A stretch of 42,192 bases of DNA from an uncultured archaeon. GTDB taxonomy: Archaea; Asgardarchaeota; Lokiarchaeia; Sigyniarchaeales; SOKP01. The notes below the pieces were generated by a model. That model saw only the letters and a list, made by a program, of their open reading frames with translations. It had not been told where the DNA came from and did no database searches. The stretch spans positions 2,714 to 44,905 of the forward strand of contig CAZWEM010000041.1 in NCBI GenBank assembly GCA_964632315.1, given 5' to 3'. This document shows positions 9,177-19,264 of the stretch, piece by piece. Position 1 is the first letter of the stretch, and every line of letters starts with the position of its first letter. Both the position numbers and the translations under genes were made by a program.

Positions 9177-10139
9177 TCAGGTTAGTTGTTCAAATCCGTT
9201 TTCAGTGATCATAATAGTTTCTTCAGATTGGGATACATTTGCACCTTTTTGTTCAGATAATACATAATGAACCTTTAATTTACCTTGCTGAATCAATTCT
9301 TGAAGTCCAAACGCAACTCCAATCCTAAACTCTTTAGCCAACCATCTTTCTGCAAACGGTAAAGTTTTATAATTTTTATTGATATGTCCTAATATTTGTT
9401 TGGATGTTTTTCTTCTTAGTGGTACCCTTCCGGCATAGGGATTAACTTCATAAATATAAGAGGAATTTGTATTATGAATTGTTCCTTCACCAGTTGAAGC
9501 AAAAATCTCTACTGCAAATACATCACCTTCTTGCATTGTATCCCCTCCTTGAGATCCTAATTCAGGAAGTTGTTTTTTACCATGTACGGTCCATCTTTCG
9601 ATTTGATGACCTCCTAACTCTTTAATGGGATTATAACCAAAGCCTTTCACAATACTTTCAATTTTTTTCCCAATTACCCTTGTATTTACTTCAGGTTTAG
9701 CCATATTTTTTGCTGCTTCTAGTGCAACTTCCGTAGCTTGGATAATATTTTCTAATAAAGGATCATCGCTAAAACTTACAGAAAAAGCAGTGTCTACTAT
9801 GAAACCATCAATGTGAACCCCTAAATCCACTTTCACAATGTCTCCTTCATTAATTGTTAAACCGTCGTCTTTAATAGGAGAGGTATAGTGAGCAGCGATG
9901 TTATTTATGCTAACATTAACTGGAAATGCCCAATGTCCCTCTAATTCAATGATTTTTGATTCAGCAGCTTCAATCAATCTTGAGACATTGGTTCCAATTT
10001 TTATTTTTGGTTTTAGGAATTTTTTTACTTCATTGGCAATATTTCCCGCTTGTTTCAATGATGTTATCTCTAATTCTTTGTCTTCGTCCGTTTTTTCTGT
10101 GTTCTTATCTTTTAATTTTTGATTCTCATTCATTGACAT
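9177..10139 (-). CDS. map: Methionine aminopeptidase type II
   Basis: AFPVNVSINNIAAHYT, KVDLGVHIDGFIVDTA, LGGHQI, FAVEIFAS, and the type-II helical insert (TLPFAERWL). Confidence 0.95.
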   Translation of the reverse strand: MSMNENQKLKDKNTEKTDEDKELEITSLKQAGNIANEVKKFLKPKIKIGTNVSRLIEAAESKIIELEGHWAFPVNVSINNIAAHYTSPIKDDGLTINEGDIVKVDLGVHIDGFIVDTAFSVSFSDDPLLENIIQATEVALEAAKNMAKPEVNTRVIGKKIESIVKGFGYNPIKELGGHQIERWTVHGKKQLPELGSQGGDTMQEGDVFAVEIFASTGEGTIHNTNSSYIYEVNPYAGRVPLRRKTSKQILGHINKNYKTLPFAERWLAKEFRIGVAFGLQELIQQGKLKVHYVLSEQKGANVSQSEETIMITENGFEQLT

Positions 10140-10330
10140 ATTAAATGTTAAAATTGATAAAAATATTTTTTAAAAAAGCAATATCAAAATAAATAGTTAA
10201 AAAATATATAAAAAAAAGATTAATAAATAAATAAGAGAAAGTTTACTAGATCATATAATTTAATTATCAATTACTCATTTAAGATGTATGATTTCATCTT
10301 ATGAGATAACATATTCTGTTCTAAAAAATT

Positions 10331-10336
10331 AGGAGG
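10331..10336 (+). promoter_or_regulatory. Shine-Dalgarno site (AGGAGG) of the roadblock gene
   Basis: AGGAGG 9 nt upstream of the TTG start at 10346. Confidence 0.7.
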
Positions 10337-10345
10337 AATTTAATA

Positions 10346-10717
10346 TTGTCCGAAAACATCAGCGAACTCACCGATTTACTAAGAAAATTGTCTGCTGTAA
10401 ACTCTGATATAGAAGGTTCTGCAATTGTTAGTGTTCAAGGATTACCTATTTGTTCGGTTTTAAGTCGAGATGTGAATGATGGAATCGTTTCTGCTATGTC
10501 CGCAGCTATTCAAAGCGTTTCTGAACGTGCAGTAGAAGAATTAGATCGAGGGGAATTAAAACGTATTCTTATTGAAGGCGTTAACGGGATAATTATTCTT
10601 TCCAGAGCAGGTGATAACGCAATACTATGTACTCTATGCAATGCGAATGCAAGTTTAGGAATGGTCTTTCTTAATATTCAAAGTGTTTCTAACAGAATTG
10701 CGGCATTATTAGATTAA
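10346..10717 (+). CDS. Roadblock/LC7 (MglB-like) domain protein
   Basis: DIEGSAIVSVQGLPICS, SAMSAAI, ELDRGELKRILIEG..G, ASLGMVFL; TTG start with a strong SD. Confidence 0.9.
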   Translation: MSENISELTDLLRKLSAVNSDIEGSAIVSVQGLPICSVLSRDVNDGIVSAMSAAIQSVSERAVEELDRGELKRILIEGVNGIIILSRAGDNAILCTLCNANASLGMVFLNIQSVSNRIAALLD

Positions 10718-10752
10718 TCTGTTTTCTTATCGTCTTTAAATTTAGAAAAAAA

Positions 10753-12042
10753 TTGTATTTTGATATGGTTCTCAACCAGAATTTTGAATCAATATTAGAA
10801 AATATTCAAACAGGAAAATCGAGTAAAGAGAAAGAAGATTTATACTATAATAACATTTCTCGGTTTTTAAATGAAGGAAATCTGGAACTTGTTAAACAGT
10901 TATTTAATGGGTCAGTTCAATTAGATATTCACGTAATTCCTTCAAAGATCCCAAATTTAGTTGAAATTTTATCTAACCTCCTAATAAATTGTATCCATGA
11001 TCTAAACTTTGGCCAGATATTTCTAATTTTAAGATTTTGTAATGAACATGATTTACTAGCAAAAAACTTGAACCTGAAAGAATCCCGGTTAATTCGAAGT
11101 TGTTACGAAGATGAAATACTGATGAAAAACCTAATGGATCTATTTGGAAACATAACACCATACTTTTTAAGGTATATTAGAATAGAAATGCCAAAAAATT
11201 TGTATAAGTACTATAAGGAAAGCCCTTACTTCGTTTCGGAAGATGAAGACGGAATTGGTGTCATAAAGAATTTCTTAGACAGATACGTAATGTACGGCTT
11301 AAGTGTGCAAAATTTAGGTGGTGTTCGCAATTTTTTTAGAAGAGTTCAGGATCGTTATTCAAATTCTAATTCCAGATTTGAGAAATTCATATTTCATAAT
11401 AAGACTCATTTAATATGTCCAGAAGTATTGCTTGAAATGAAAGAGAAAATTTTATCTAAAAAATACAACTTTTTCAATCTTTCTATGATAATATCTCACG
11501 GTATAGGTCCCCAAGGATTGGGATTTACTTATTCAACACCTAAAGGGGAAATTATAGAGATTTGTTCAGATCGAAAAGAAAATGCAGCCATTATCATCAA
11601 ATTTAAACAATTTTTAAATACAAAATTTATTAAAGAATTAAAATCTGAATTAGCTAAGTATTCGGTGAATGAGAACATAATCCAGAAAATTTCTAAGCAT
11701 CTCACCAATATTCTTACTGATGATAAGTTAGTGAGTTATTTTATAAAGGACGAACTTTTTTCAGAAATCAAGAAATTTTTCACTCTATCGGGTATTCAAT
11801 CGGATGATTTTAGCGCAATCTGGAATAAAGTAGACTCTTCTCTTTCTAATGTCTTAAGACCCATAGAAATTGTTGATCAATTCAAAACACGAATGAATTT
11901 AGTTGCTAAAAAAAAATTGAGGTTACAAGACGTTCCAAAATTGACCAGTTTAAGAGAAAAATCACATTACGATATTCTAAGAGAACGTTTATTTTTTCAA
12001 TATATAACTGAATGGTTTTATGAAACGTATTTTGAAAAATAA
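10753..12042 (+). CDS. Hypothetical protein
   Basis: 429-aa ORF filling the gap between genes; conserved-looking core HGIGPQGLGFTYSTPKGEIIEICSD; no family recognised. Confidence 0.7.
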   Translation: MYFDMVLNQNFESILENIQTGKSSKEKEDLYYNNISRFLNEGNLELVKQLFNGSVQLDIHVIPSKIPNLVEILSNLLINCIHDLNFGQIFLILRFCNEHDLLAKNLNLKESRLIRSCYEDEILMKNLMDLFGNITPYFLRYIRIEMPKNLYKYYKESPYFVSEDEDGIGVIKNFLDRYVMYGLSVQNLGGVRNFFRRVQDRYSNSNSRFEKFIFHNKTHLICPEVLLEMKEKILSKKYNFFNLSMIISHGIGPQGLGFTYSTPKGEIIEICSDRKENAAIIIKFKQFLNTKFIKELKSELAKYSVNENIIQKISKHLTNILTDDKLVSYFIKDELFSEIKKFFTLSGIQSDDFSAIWNKVDSSLSNVLRPIEIVDQFKTRMNLVAKKKLRLQDVPKLTSLREKSHYDILRERLFFQYITEWFYETYFEK

Positions 12043-12057
12043 AAAAATTTGATATAT

Positions 12058-12507
12058 TTAATTAGTTGAATTATCTGTTTTTCTAATTCTTTGCTCTAAG
12101 TAAGGTGTGAGAAGGATTGAAATAGAATAACCAATTCCTCCACCAAGTGCACCCATTAGAAGTCCTATAATTAAGATCAAAAGGAAAATTAACCATCCAA
12201 AACCGCTTCCTACCATTAATTCTCCAATTTGTTCAAGAATCGTGTAGGTGTTTCTCAATGCAAGTGAAGAAATCATATAAATCAACCAAGAAATGGTAAC
12301 CCCAGTTAAGCCACTTAAAACCGCATAACGTAATCGTTTATTAAAGAATCCTGCAACAATGCCAGGAATCACGATCAATTGCCAAACCGGAATCAACGTT
12401 AAGAGCATGGTTAAGCACAGGGCACCAATAGTGGTATAAATAAAGTACTTGTATGTTTTTTCTATTTTAAACACCTCATCTTGGTAAAAAATATATTGTA
12501 GATTCAA
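12058..12507 (-). CDS. Small multi-TM membrane protein (start uncertain, possibly 12474 or downstream)
   Basis: About 4 hydrophobic Gly-rich helices; overlaps the end of the acylase gene. Confidence 0.7.
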   Translation of the reverse strand: MNLQYIFYQDEVFKIEKTYKYFIYTTIGALCLTMLLTLIPVWQLIVIPGIVAGFFNKRLRYAVLSGLTGVTISWLIYMISSLALRNTYTILEQIGELMVGSGFGWLIFLLILIIGLLMGALGGGIGYSISILLTPYLEQRIRKTDNSTN

Positions 12508-15037
12508 TAGAATTCGTGGGAAAGTTCACTGGAGTATTAGAATAATACTGGAAATGATATTTTCCTTGTAAGAAAAGTTGTTCCAATTGATCAGAATAAT
12601 GTTTAGAATTGCTTAATCCTCGTTCTCCAGAAGGAATTACGCTTAATGACCTATTTAAATTGCTGAAATCCAGAATCATTCGCTCTGAGGCCCCATGTTG
12701 CGCGTATCTTATATGTTGCGCGTCCCTTATATTTGCTCCAGCGGGATTGATAGTAAACCCCTCTCCATTTCCGGGATATGGTCCTTTACTTAGAGGAGCT
12801 AGTCCAGTTAAATGTGGAAAGTAGATTTTATGTATGATTCCCCATTTCCAAGATGAAGGATCACCAGAGTGATAAAATCCTGTTAACCAGTTTATAGTTG
12901 CATTCAGTGCCAATAACATGGTCTCATTCCGAGTTTCGATTCCTACTGTAGATACATTGTCGAACCAATGCGAACCTTCGTCCTCTTTCATTAATTTTTC
13001 CAGCACAACAACCTGTGGTGCTCCAGTAGCATTATATTTCGTAAATTCATCATTAAACGTAAATTCCATGAAATAATCTCTCCATTTACGATATATTGTA
13101 GGGGCTACTAAGTCTTTTGACATGATGTACCCCCAGTCTTCTAATTCGCTTAAAACATCTGCAATTTCAGGAGGGGGAGACGTCCCGTATTCATACTTTA
13201 TAACATCAATAAGAGTTGGAATAAATGCTCGTGCTGCAGTAGAATTTATATCTGTTTGTATGAGCTTCATATCTTCAACACTGATATTTGTTGACTCATT
13301 AAGCAACTCATTAATTCTTCTCGCACGATAACCATCTGCATACTCACTTTGTAAATGATATTTTGTATAACCTGGTCCAGCTACAACTTGGTTTGCAGAC
13401 GCTAAATAATGTTGACTCGGATTTAATGTACTTGGAAGCCCTGTCAAGATGTCAATATACCCAATCCATTCTCCCTCCGCACTAGAACCATTAAATGGAA
13501 GCGTTCCATTTCCTGGTGAATTTAAGGCCCGAATAGGTACTTTTCCGGTTGGTCTAATTGCTATGTTATTATCAGTATCGCCATAAACGATATTTTGTGC
13601 TAGGGTTGTCCAATATTGGGACGCATTATCAAAATCAGCTCTATTTTCGGCTCGACAAAATCCATTAGCTGCAAGCAGGGTATAGAAGTAATTATTCGCT
13701 GTCCATTTTGAAGATATTATAATGTCTCCAAGAGTATCAGACAGTCCAAAATCTCCGATGACATCACTCATAACGGGTCCTTGAACTGTTTGACGAACCG
13801 TGAAGTCGAGAGTTCCTTGACCTTTCACATTGATTTTATAGGTTCTATAGGTAAAATCCGTGGGGGTATTATTGTAAATATATTTATTATCACCGTCAGT
13901 ATTGAAGTAATACCAATCTAGAACGTCATACCCTGTATTTGTAAATCCCCATCCTACAAACTGGTTATGTCCGACAGCAATAAGGGGTAAACCTGGTATT
14001 TGAAAACCATAAACATTAAATCCCGTGTCTTCAGCTACAAGCTGTTGCTCATACCAAATTCCAGGCATAGTCCAGCTTAAATGCATATCATTACATAGAA
14101 TTGGGTATCCCGTACTGCTCTTTGCACCATCAATTACCCAATTATTCGACCCCTGTAATTCTCTTTCTTCTGTAAATTGTCGTTGATAATCTATTTTTTC
14201 GATAGCGTGAAGAAAGGAGGAAATTGCATTTGTGATTTCCGATTTTGAACTATCTTTTAATCCTGAACCCATAGGAATTTCTCCAAATGATCCATAATTA
14301 GGACAAATTGGAATTTGATAAGGAAGCGGTAATCCAAATGTTTCATTATAGTATGTTGGACCGAGTGCTTCTAAATTTATATATCGATACAAATCATTAT
14401 AATTCCATGTTAGATCCATTGCCATTAACTGAACGATGCACATGGAATCTATAGTTGTCCATTCAGTAGGTTTAAATCCAATGAGATAATATTCCAAGGG
14501 CAATTGGTTTTGGTGAGTATCGATATAGTAATTTATACCGTCAACGTATCGTTCGATTTTAGGAATTAAATTAATACTTCCATTAGATTGCATCTCCTGT
14601 AGTATATTAACGGTATTTATCGCCCAAGTTTCCATTCCAGTTGCTAGCATGAATTTATCAGTGGAAAGAAGATCTTTTCCTAAAATTTCAGATAACTTAC
14701 CTCTTACTTGTCGTCTCAGCATATCCATTTGAAAGAGTCTATCTTGGGCATGACAATATCCTTGTGCAAAAAACATATCATCTTCATAATTTGCATAAAT
14801 GTGTGGAACACCCCACTCATCCCTAATAACACTTACTTCATCTCGTAATCCTTCGATTTTAAGACGCTCAGCAGAAGGAACCTCTCCCGGAACATTCCAA
14901 ACGCCATTTCCAGGCATTAAAAGATTTCCAAGAGAAGGAAGGCCTAAGAAAGGAACTGAAAATATTGTTAGTATTAAAACAGTTATTACAACAAATAATG
15001 ATAAATCGATTAACCCTCTTTTATTTTCAGATTTCAT
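12476..15037 (-). CDS. Penicillin acylase family protein (peptidase S45, Ntn hydrolase), N-terminally membrane anchored
   Basis: RDEWGVPHIYA, AQGYCHAQDRLFQMD, catalytic GSNNW, NDMHL, HYSDQ. Confidence 0.93.
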   Translation of the reverse strand: MKSENKRGLIDLSLFVVITVLILTIFSVPFLGLPSLGNLLMPGNGVWNVPGEVPSAERLKIEGLRDEVSVIRDEWGVPHIYANYEDDMFFAQGYCHAQDRLFQMDMLRRQVRGKLSEILGKDLLSTDKFMLATGMETWAINTVNILQEMQSNGSINLIPKIERYVDGINYYIDTHQNQLPLEYYLIGFKPTEWTTIDSMCIVQLMAMDLTWNYNDLYRYINLEALGPTYYNETFGLPLPYQIPICPNYGSFGEIPMGSGLKDSSKSEITNAISSFLHAIEKIDYQRQFTEERELQGSNNWVIDGAKSSTGYPILCNDMHLSWTMPGIWYEQQLVAEDTGFNVYGFQIPGLPLIAVGHNQFVGWGFTNTGYDVLDWYYFNTDGDNKYIYNNTPTDFTYRTYKINVKGQGTLDFTVRQTVQGPVMSDVIGDFGLSDTLGDIIISSKWTANNYFYTLLAANGFCRAENRADFDNASQYWTTLAQNIVYGDTDNNIAIRPTGKVPIRALNSPGNGTLPFNGSSAEGEWIGYIDILTGLPSTLNPSQHYLASANQVVAGPGYTKYHLQSEYADGYRARRINELLNESTNISVEDMKLIQTDINSTAARAFIPTLIDVIKYEYGTSPPPEIADVLSELEDWGYIMSKDLVAPTIYRKWRDYFMEFTFNDEFTKYNATGAPQVVVLEKLMKEDEGSHWFDNVSTVGIETRNETMLLALNATINWLTGFYHSGDPSSWKWGIIHKIYFPHLTGLAPLSKGPYPGNGEGFTINPAGANIRDAQHIRYAQHGASERMILDFSNLNRSLSVIPSGERGLSNSKHYSDQLEQLFLQGKYHFQYYSNTPVNFPTNSIESTIYFLPR

Positions 15038-15217
15038 AATTATGAAGCCTATTTTTATAAAATTAAGTTAATATTAAATTGGTTAGTCATAATATATAAA
15101 CTAATCATTTAAAAAAGTAAAAATAAGGTAATTTTAAAAGAATCTTACCCAACAAAATAATTATAAATACTTTGAGAAGAATATATTTACATTAGTTATT
15201 ATCAAAGGTGAATAATA

Positions 15218-15940
15218 TTGTTAAGTCTAATTGGTTGGTTAGATGGTATATCTGCTACAGGTGTACTAACTACAAATCTCATTATTGGGATATACTCACT
15301 GTATAAATCAAGGAAATTAAAAGCTAAGCTACTTACTGTAACTTCTTTAACAATATTCTTTATTGGATTGCTTTGGTTAGGTCCAACAACTGATTTTTTA
15401 AAAATCCTCATTACAGGAACAAATATTGAGTCTGTATGGTTTTATCCTGTAAGCGTACCTGTAATATATCCGATTTTGAGCTATATGTGGGCTGCTCCAG
15501 GTATATTTTTTGGAATGTATATTGGAGGAGAATTAATTATGCCTAGGAAAAAATGGTATCTTCTAACTGTTTTTCTTATTATCTGCATTGCATACGAATT
15601 TTTCCTTTTCATAAATCCACAGGGTTCCTTTACATATACTGTTCCTCCTCCTGGTTCAGACATAATTGATACATCTAGTGATTATTCCTACTATACTGCA
15701 TTCTTTTTAATCGGATTTATTTTATCTATCATTTTATTCAATGGTATTGGTTTTTTAGTTAAAGCTTTCAAAGCAACAGGAGTAATAAAGAAGAAGTTTT
15801 TTGCTCTCGCTTTTGGTTTCATCTTATTTGCTATTATTGTAACTTTTGATGCATTAATACCTCCAGGTATTTTTTTATCAATTGTTAGATTTGGAATAAT
15901 ATTGAGTAGCATCCTATTATATATAGGAATTAAAACCTAA
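15218..15940 (+). CDS. Uncharacterised ~7-TM membrane protein
   Basis: About seven hydrophobic segments; AGGTGA SD before the TTG start. Confidence 0.7.
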   Translation: MLSLIGWLDGISATGVLTTNLIIGIYSLYKSRKLKAKLLTVTSLTIFFIGLLWLGPTTDFLKILITGTNIESVWFYPVSVPVIYPILSYMWAAPGIFFGMYIGGELIMPRKKWYLLTVFLIICIAYEFFLFINPQGSFTYTVPPPGSDIIDTSSDYSYYTAFFLIGFILSIILFNGIGFLVKAFKATGVIKKKFFALAFGFILFAIIVTFDALIPPGIFLSIVRFGIILSSILLYIGIKT

Positions 15941-15971
15941 GAAGAATTTTTAAAAAAATATTTTATTTTTA

Positions 15972-17444
15972 TTATATTCTTAACTCTTGAATGTAATCAA
16001 AAATCGTATCAATTCTATTTTTAATTTGCCCAAATAAACCCTCTTCCTCAGATATTACCGAGTTAATTGCGGTTTTTAATCCATAATGACCCTCTGATAC
16101 TAAAACTCTAATAGGCAAGGTTAATATCTCACTTAGTAACATTAACATTTCTTGTATAATTTTGATGATTTTTGGTATCTGTTCCTCTGTTTGATCTCTC
16201 ATTGTTTGATCTGACGATATCAAACCATTCTCCCGTTCCTTCCTTAGCTCTTCCCAGACATTTTCTTTAAGAGAAGCAAAATCTATACCCAAATTTTCTA
16301 ACGCTAATTGAGCTCCTTCGAATAAGAATTCAATATCTTGCTTTCCAGAAAATGCTTTTATGTTTTCAATCATCTCCGAAGGAGCTAATCCTTCAAGAAA
16401 CGCTACTAATAGATTATGATAGTCATTTATAACATCAATGGGGATGAAAAGAAAAGTAAACTCTTTGAATTGCTTAAATAAATATCCTGCAATTTTAGCG
16501 AATGTCTCATTTTCAAATATTTTTTCAACAAATCCTCCGTATTCATTTAAGAGATGTATGAATAGGAATCCAATAATTCTAATCATATCGTCTTCGTAGT
16601 TTTTAAAATAATCGAAGAATCTTTCTGGTTCCATATTAAGTTTTTCCCTAATGAGCTCTGCTGTCTTTTGTTTAACTCCCTCGAGTGGTTCATCTAAAAG
16701 TTCTTCAATTTTATCCAAAGAGAGAATTTCTTGAATTTTTTCAATAAAATCAGATTCTGTTTCGATCTCTACATCTTCATCAACTTCATCAATAACAACA
16801 TTAGAATTCAATTTATCCTGTAATTTTTCGGAAGTTAATTCTCTCCATTCTATCTTATCATAGATCTTACACGTCAATTGTAAGCATTCCTCTCCTCTCG
16901 CCATACACTTTTGCTCTATAATACGAATCCTATATTCATTTTTCTTCACTTTTAAAATATAATTTGCCACACTTTCAAGCATACCAGCTAGTCCACATGC
17001 CAAGCCCTCTGTTTCTTTATTCACGATTTTGTCGAATCCAAATGTATCCATCTCATCATTTCCATAATCAGCACAAATGGGACATCTTTTAATTTTTAAA
17101 AGATAATCATTATACTTCGAATCTTTTTTTTCAATTATTTCATAGCTTAGATCCTCTTCTGAGAGTTCTTTCCCAAATACCACAACCCATAATAATTCAA
17201 AGTATTCAAGAACTTTTTTCGGGTTTCCTGGCATAAATCGAAAAATTGTGGTGTGTCGATCACATGACTCAAAAGTAGCACGTTTTCCTATCTCCCTTAA
17301 AATTAGTAGGGAGTCTTCTTCATTTTCTGTAATCTCATGTATTTCTTTCAAGATTTCACGATAGAGGAGGGTATAGAATAATGAATTGGTGCTCCTTCCA
17401 AAAATTTTAGTTATTTTTTTTAGTAACCATTGGACGGTTCCCAT
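15972..17444 (-). CDS. V4R/Bet3(TRAPP)-like N-terminal domain fused to an acidic helical C-terminal region
   Basis: LREIGKRA, FELLWVVVFGK, IKRCPIC, CGLAGMLESV and EQKCMARGEECLQL fit the V4R pattern. Start moved to ATG 17444, which has GGAGG upstream and follows the upstream stop codon. Confidence 0.65.
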   Translation of the reverse strand: MGTVQWLLKKITKIFGRSTNSLFYTLLYREILKEIHEITENEEDSLLILREIGKRATFESCDRHTTIFRFMPGNPKKVLEYFELLWVVVFGKELSEEDLSYEIIEKKDSKYNDYLLKIKRCPICADYGNDEMDTFGFDKIVNKETEGLACGLAGMLESVANYILKVKKNEYRIRIIEQKCMARGEECLQLTCKIYDKIEWRELTSEKLQDKLNSNVVIDEVDEDVEIETESDFIEKIQEILSLDKIEELLDEPLEGVKQKTAELIREKLNMEPERFFDYFKNYEDDMIRIIGFLFIHLLNEYGGFVEKIFENETFAKIAGYLFKQFKEFTFLFIPIDVINDYHNLLVAFLEGLAPSEMIENIKAFSGKQDIEFLFEGAQLALENLGIDFASLKENVWEELRKERENGLISSDQTMRDQTEEQIPKIIKIIQEMLMLLSEILTLPIRVLVSEGHYGLKTAINSVISEEEGLFGQIKNRIDTIFDYIQELRI

Positions 17445-17445
17445 A

Positions 17446-17943
17446 TTATTTTCCTCCTGTATAAATGTATACATGTCTACAAGAATTATGACCAAAGACT
17501 TTTGATTCATTGATATCTTGCATTTCAATCTTAAATCCATTTTGTCTTGAATTAATTATGTTTATAAATTCAACTACCATACTACCAATTATCTCACAAC
17601 CAGCAACATTTATATCTGAAAAATGGTATTTACATAGCGCACAATCATTATCTTGAATAGATATCCTTTTGTTTACTTCGTCAACTTCAATTGAAATATT
17701 GCTATTTAATACGTTTCTATAAATCGTTGCCAAGACGTCCTTAATATTGGTAAAAGTAACTTTTTCGATTGGCCTCCAAGTATTTAGGTATGTATGAGCA
17801 ATGTTTTTCCCCATTCTTCTAAGTCTACTTCTCACTTCGGTGATGTTGTTCCTTTTCATAAATCGTTGGAGATGATAAATTGCATTTCTCAACTGATTCA
17901 TAGTCGCATTCGTTTGCACCAAATCAGCTCTTGAATAATTCAT
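17446..17943 (-). CDS. Stand-alone V4R/Bet3(TRAPP)-like protein
   Basis: LRRMGKNIA, IQDNDCALC, GCEIIGSMVVEFI, ESKVFGHNSCRHVY. Confidence 0.6.
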   Translation of the reverse strand: MNYSRADLVQTNATMNQLRNAIYHLQRFMKRNNITEVRSRLRRMGKNIAHTYLNTWRPIEKVTFTNIKDVLATIYRNVLNSNISIEVDEVNKRISIQDNDCALCKYHFSDINVAGCEIIGSMVVEFINIINSRQNGFKIEMQDINESKVFGHNSCRHVYIYTGGK

Positions 17944-18219
17944 ATCTTATCCGGCTAGAAAATTGATTAATTATTTTTGATAAATTTTTGAATAATATTA
18001 AAGTTTTTAATCCAATTAATGGATGATAAGTATGAATTTCAAGGTACTTTTAAATTATTATATCAAATTTATACCTTAAACGACTGGTCCAAATAAATTA
18101 TTTAAAATAAAAATTTCTAGAAGATTTTGAATAATTTTTAATAATTGAAACTAATATAAATAAAAAAATATTAATCTCTTCATTAATTTTAAGCAATATA
18201 AGATTTAATGGTAATTTAA

Positions 18220-18576
18220 ATGATAAATATCGAAGAATTAAAAGATTATGGTTTAGAAATAACCGATGAAATGAAGAAGGGAAAGGTCATTATAGATGTA
18301 TATACCACCTGGTGCGGTCCTTGCAAATGGCTTAGTCCAATCCTCGAAAAATTGGAGAAAGAAGGATTATTTAAATTGTTAAAAGTTGATTTAGATCAAA
18401 ATCGCCCGTTAGGAAGTAGATTTGGCATAACAGCAATTCCAACTCTGTTATTTTTTAATGAAGGACATCTTTTAGAAAATACAATTGAAGTTCAGGGACA
18501 ACCATTTGTTCGAAATGGTTTAATGGTGGGAGCTGCTGGAGAGCCTGTTCTCAAAGAGATTGTTTCGAAGATGTAG
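18220..18576 (+). CDS. trxA: Thioredoxin
   Basis: WCGPC active site; FGITAIPTLLFF. Confidence 0.92.
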   Translation: MINIEELKDYGLEITDEMKKGKVIIDVYTTWCGPCKWLSPILEKLEKEGLFKLLKVDLDQNRPLGSRFGITAIPTLLFFNEGHLLENTIEVQGQPFVRNGLMVGAAGEPVLKEIVSKM

Positions 18577-18668
18577 TATTTTTTCTTCTTAATTTATATA
18601 TCTTTATTAAATATCATTGAAAAGAAATAATTTTAAAATTTAATGAAAGTTATATTAATATAATTTTA

Positions 18669-19193
18669 ATGCTAAAGGATAATATACAAATGGCAACAAT
18701 AGATTTTGATTTTAGAAACCAAATTATCCAATCAGATATCGGTAGTACATTAGCTTATTGTTACCAATGTGCTACATGTAGTGGAGCTTGTCCCGTTGCA
18801 CAAGTCACCAATGGGCGTTATAATCCAAGAAGATTAATATTGGATGCCTTACTCGGGTTAAAAGAAAAGATTTTTGGTATAGAAAATTCATTTTCAATAT
18901 GGGGTTGCACTGTTTGTGATACTTGCGATGAAGTTTGCCCACAGAAAGTAGAACTGACAGAAATATTCACCATTTTAAAGAATTTAAGTGTAGAAAAAGG
19001 TGAAGCTCCCGACTATTATACCACCCAAGCATCCACAATTCTCGAAAATGCAAAAGCTATTCCAATGCAACCTGCAATAGAGAGACGTCGGGAACAATTA
19101 GGATTACCCAAGGTATTATCTCCAAATGTAAATGAAGTGAAGAAATTACTAGAGATAACTAAATTACCAGAAAAATTAGTTAAAGAAGAATAG
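18669..19193 (+). CDS. hdrC: Heterodisulfide reductase subunit C-like 2x[4Fe-4S] protein (start may be 18690)
   Basis: CYQCATCSGACP, YNPRRLI, IWGCTVCDTCDEVCP, RREQLGLP. Confidence 0.85.
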   Translation: MLKDNIQMATIDFDFRNQIIQSDIGSTLAYCYQCATCSGACPVAQVTNGRYNPRRLILDALLGLKEKIFGIENSFSIWGCTVCDTCDEVCPQKVELTEIFTILKNLSVEKGEAPDYYTTQASTILENAKAIPMQPAIERRREQLGLPKVLSPNVNEVKKLLEITKLPEKLVKEE

Positions 19194-19264
19194 TTCTTTT
19201 TATTATTCTTTTAAACCGTATCGTACATAAATTGAATACTTATTCTAAATCGGAGTGAAAAATT

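Noticed and set aside
17944-18219. AT-rich intergenic region with a weak inverted repeat (AAGGTA...TACCTT) as an ncRNA or origin
   Set aside because: The pairing is short and expected by chance at this AT content; it is adequately explained as a divergent promoter region.
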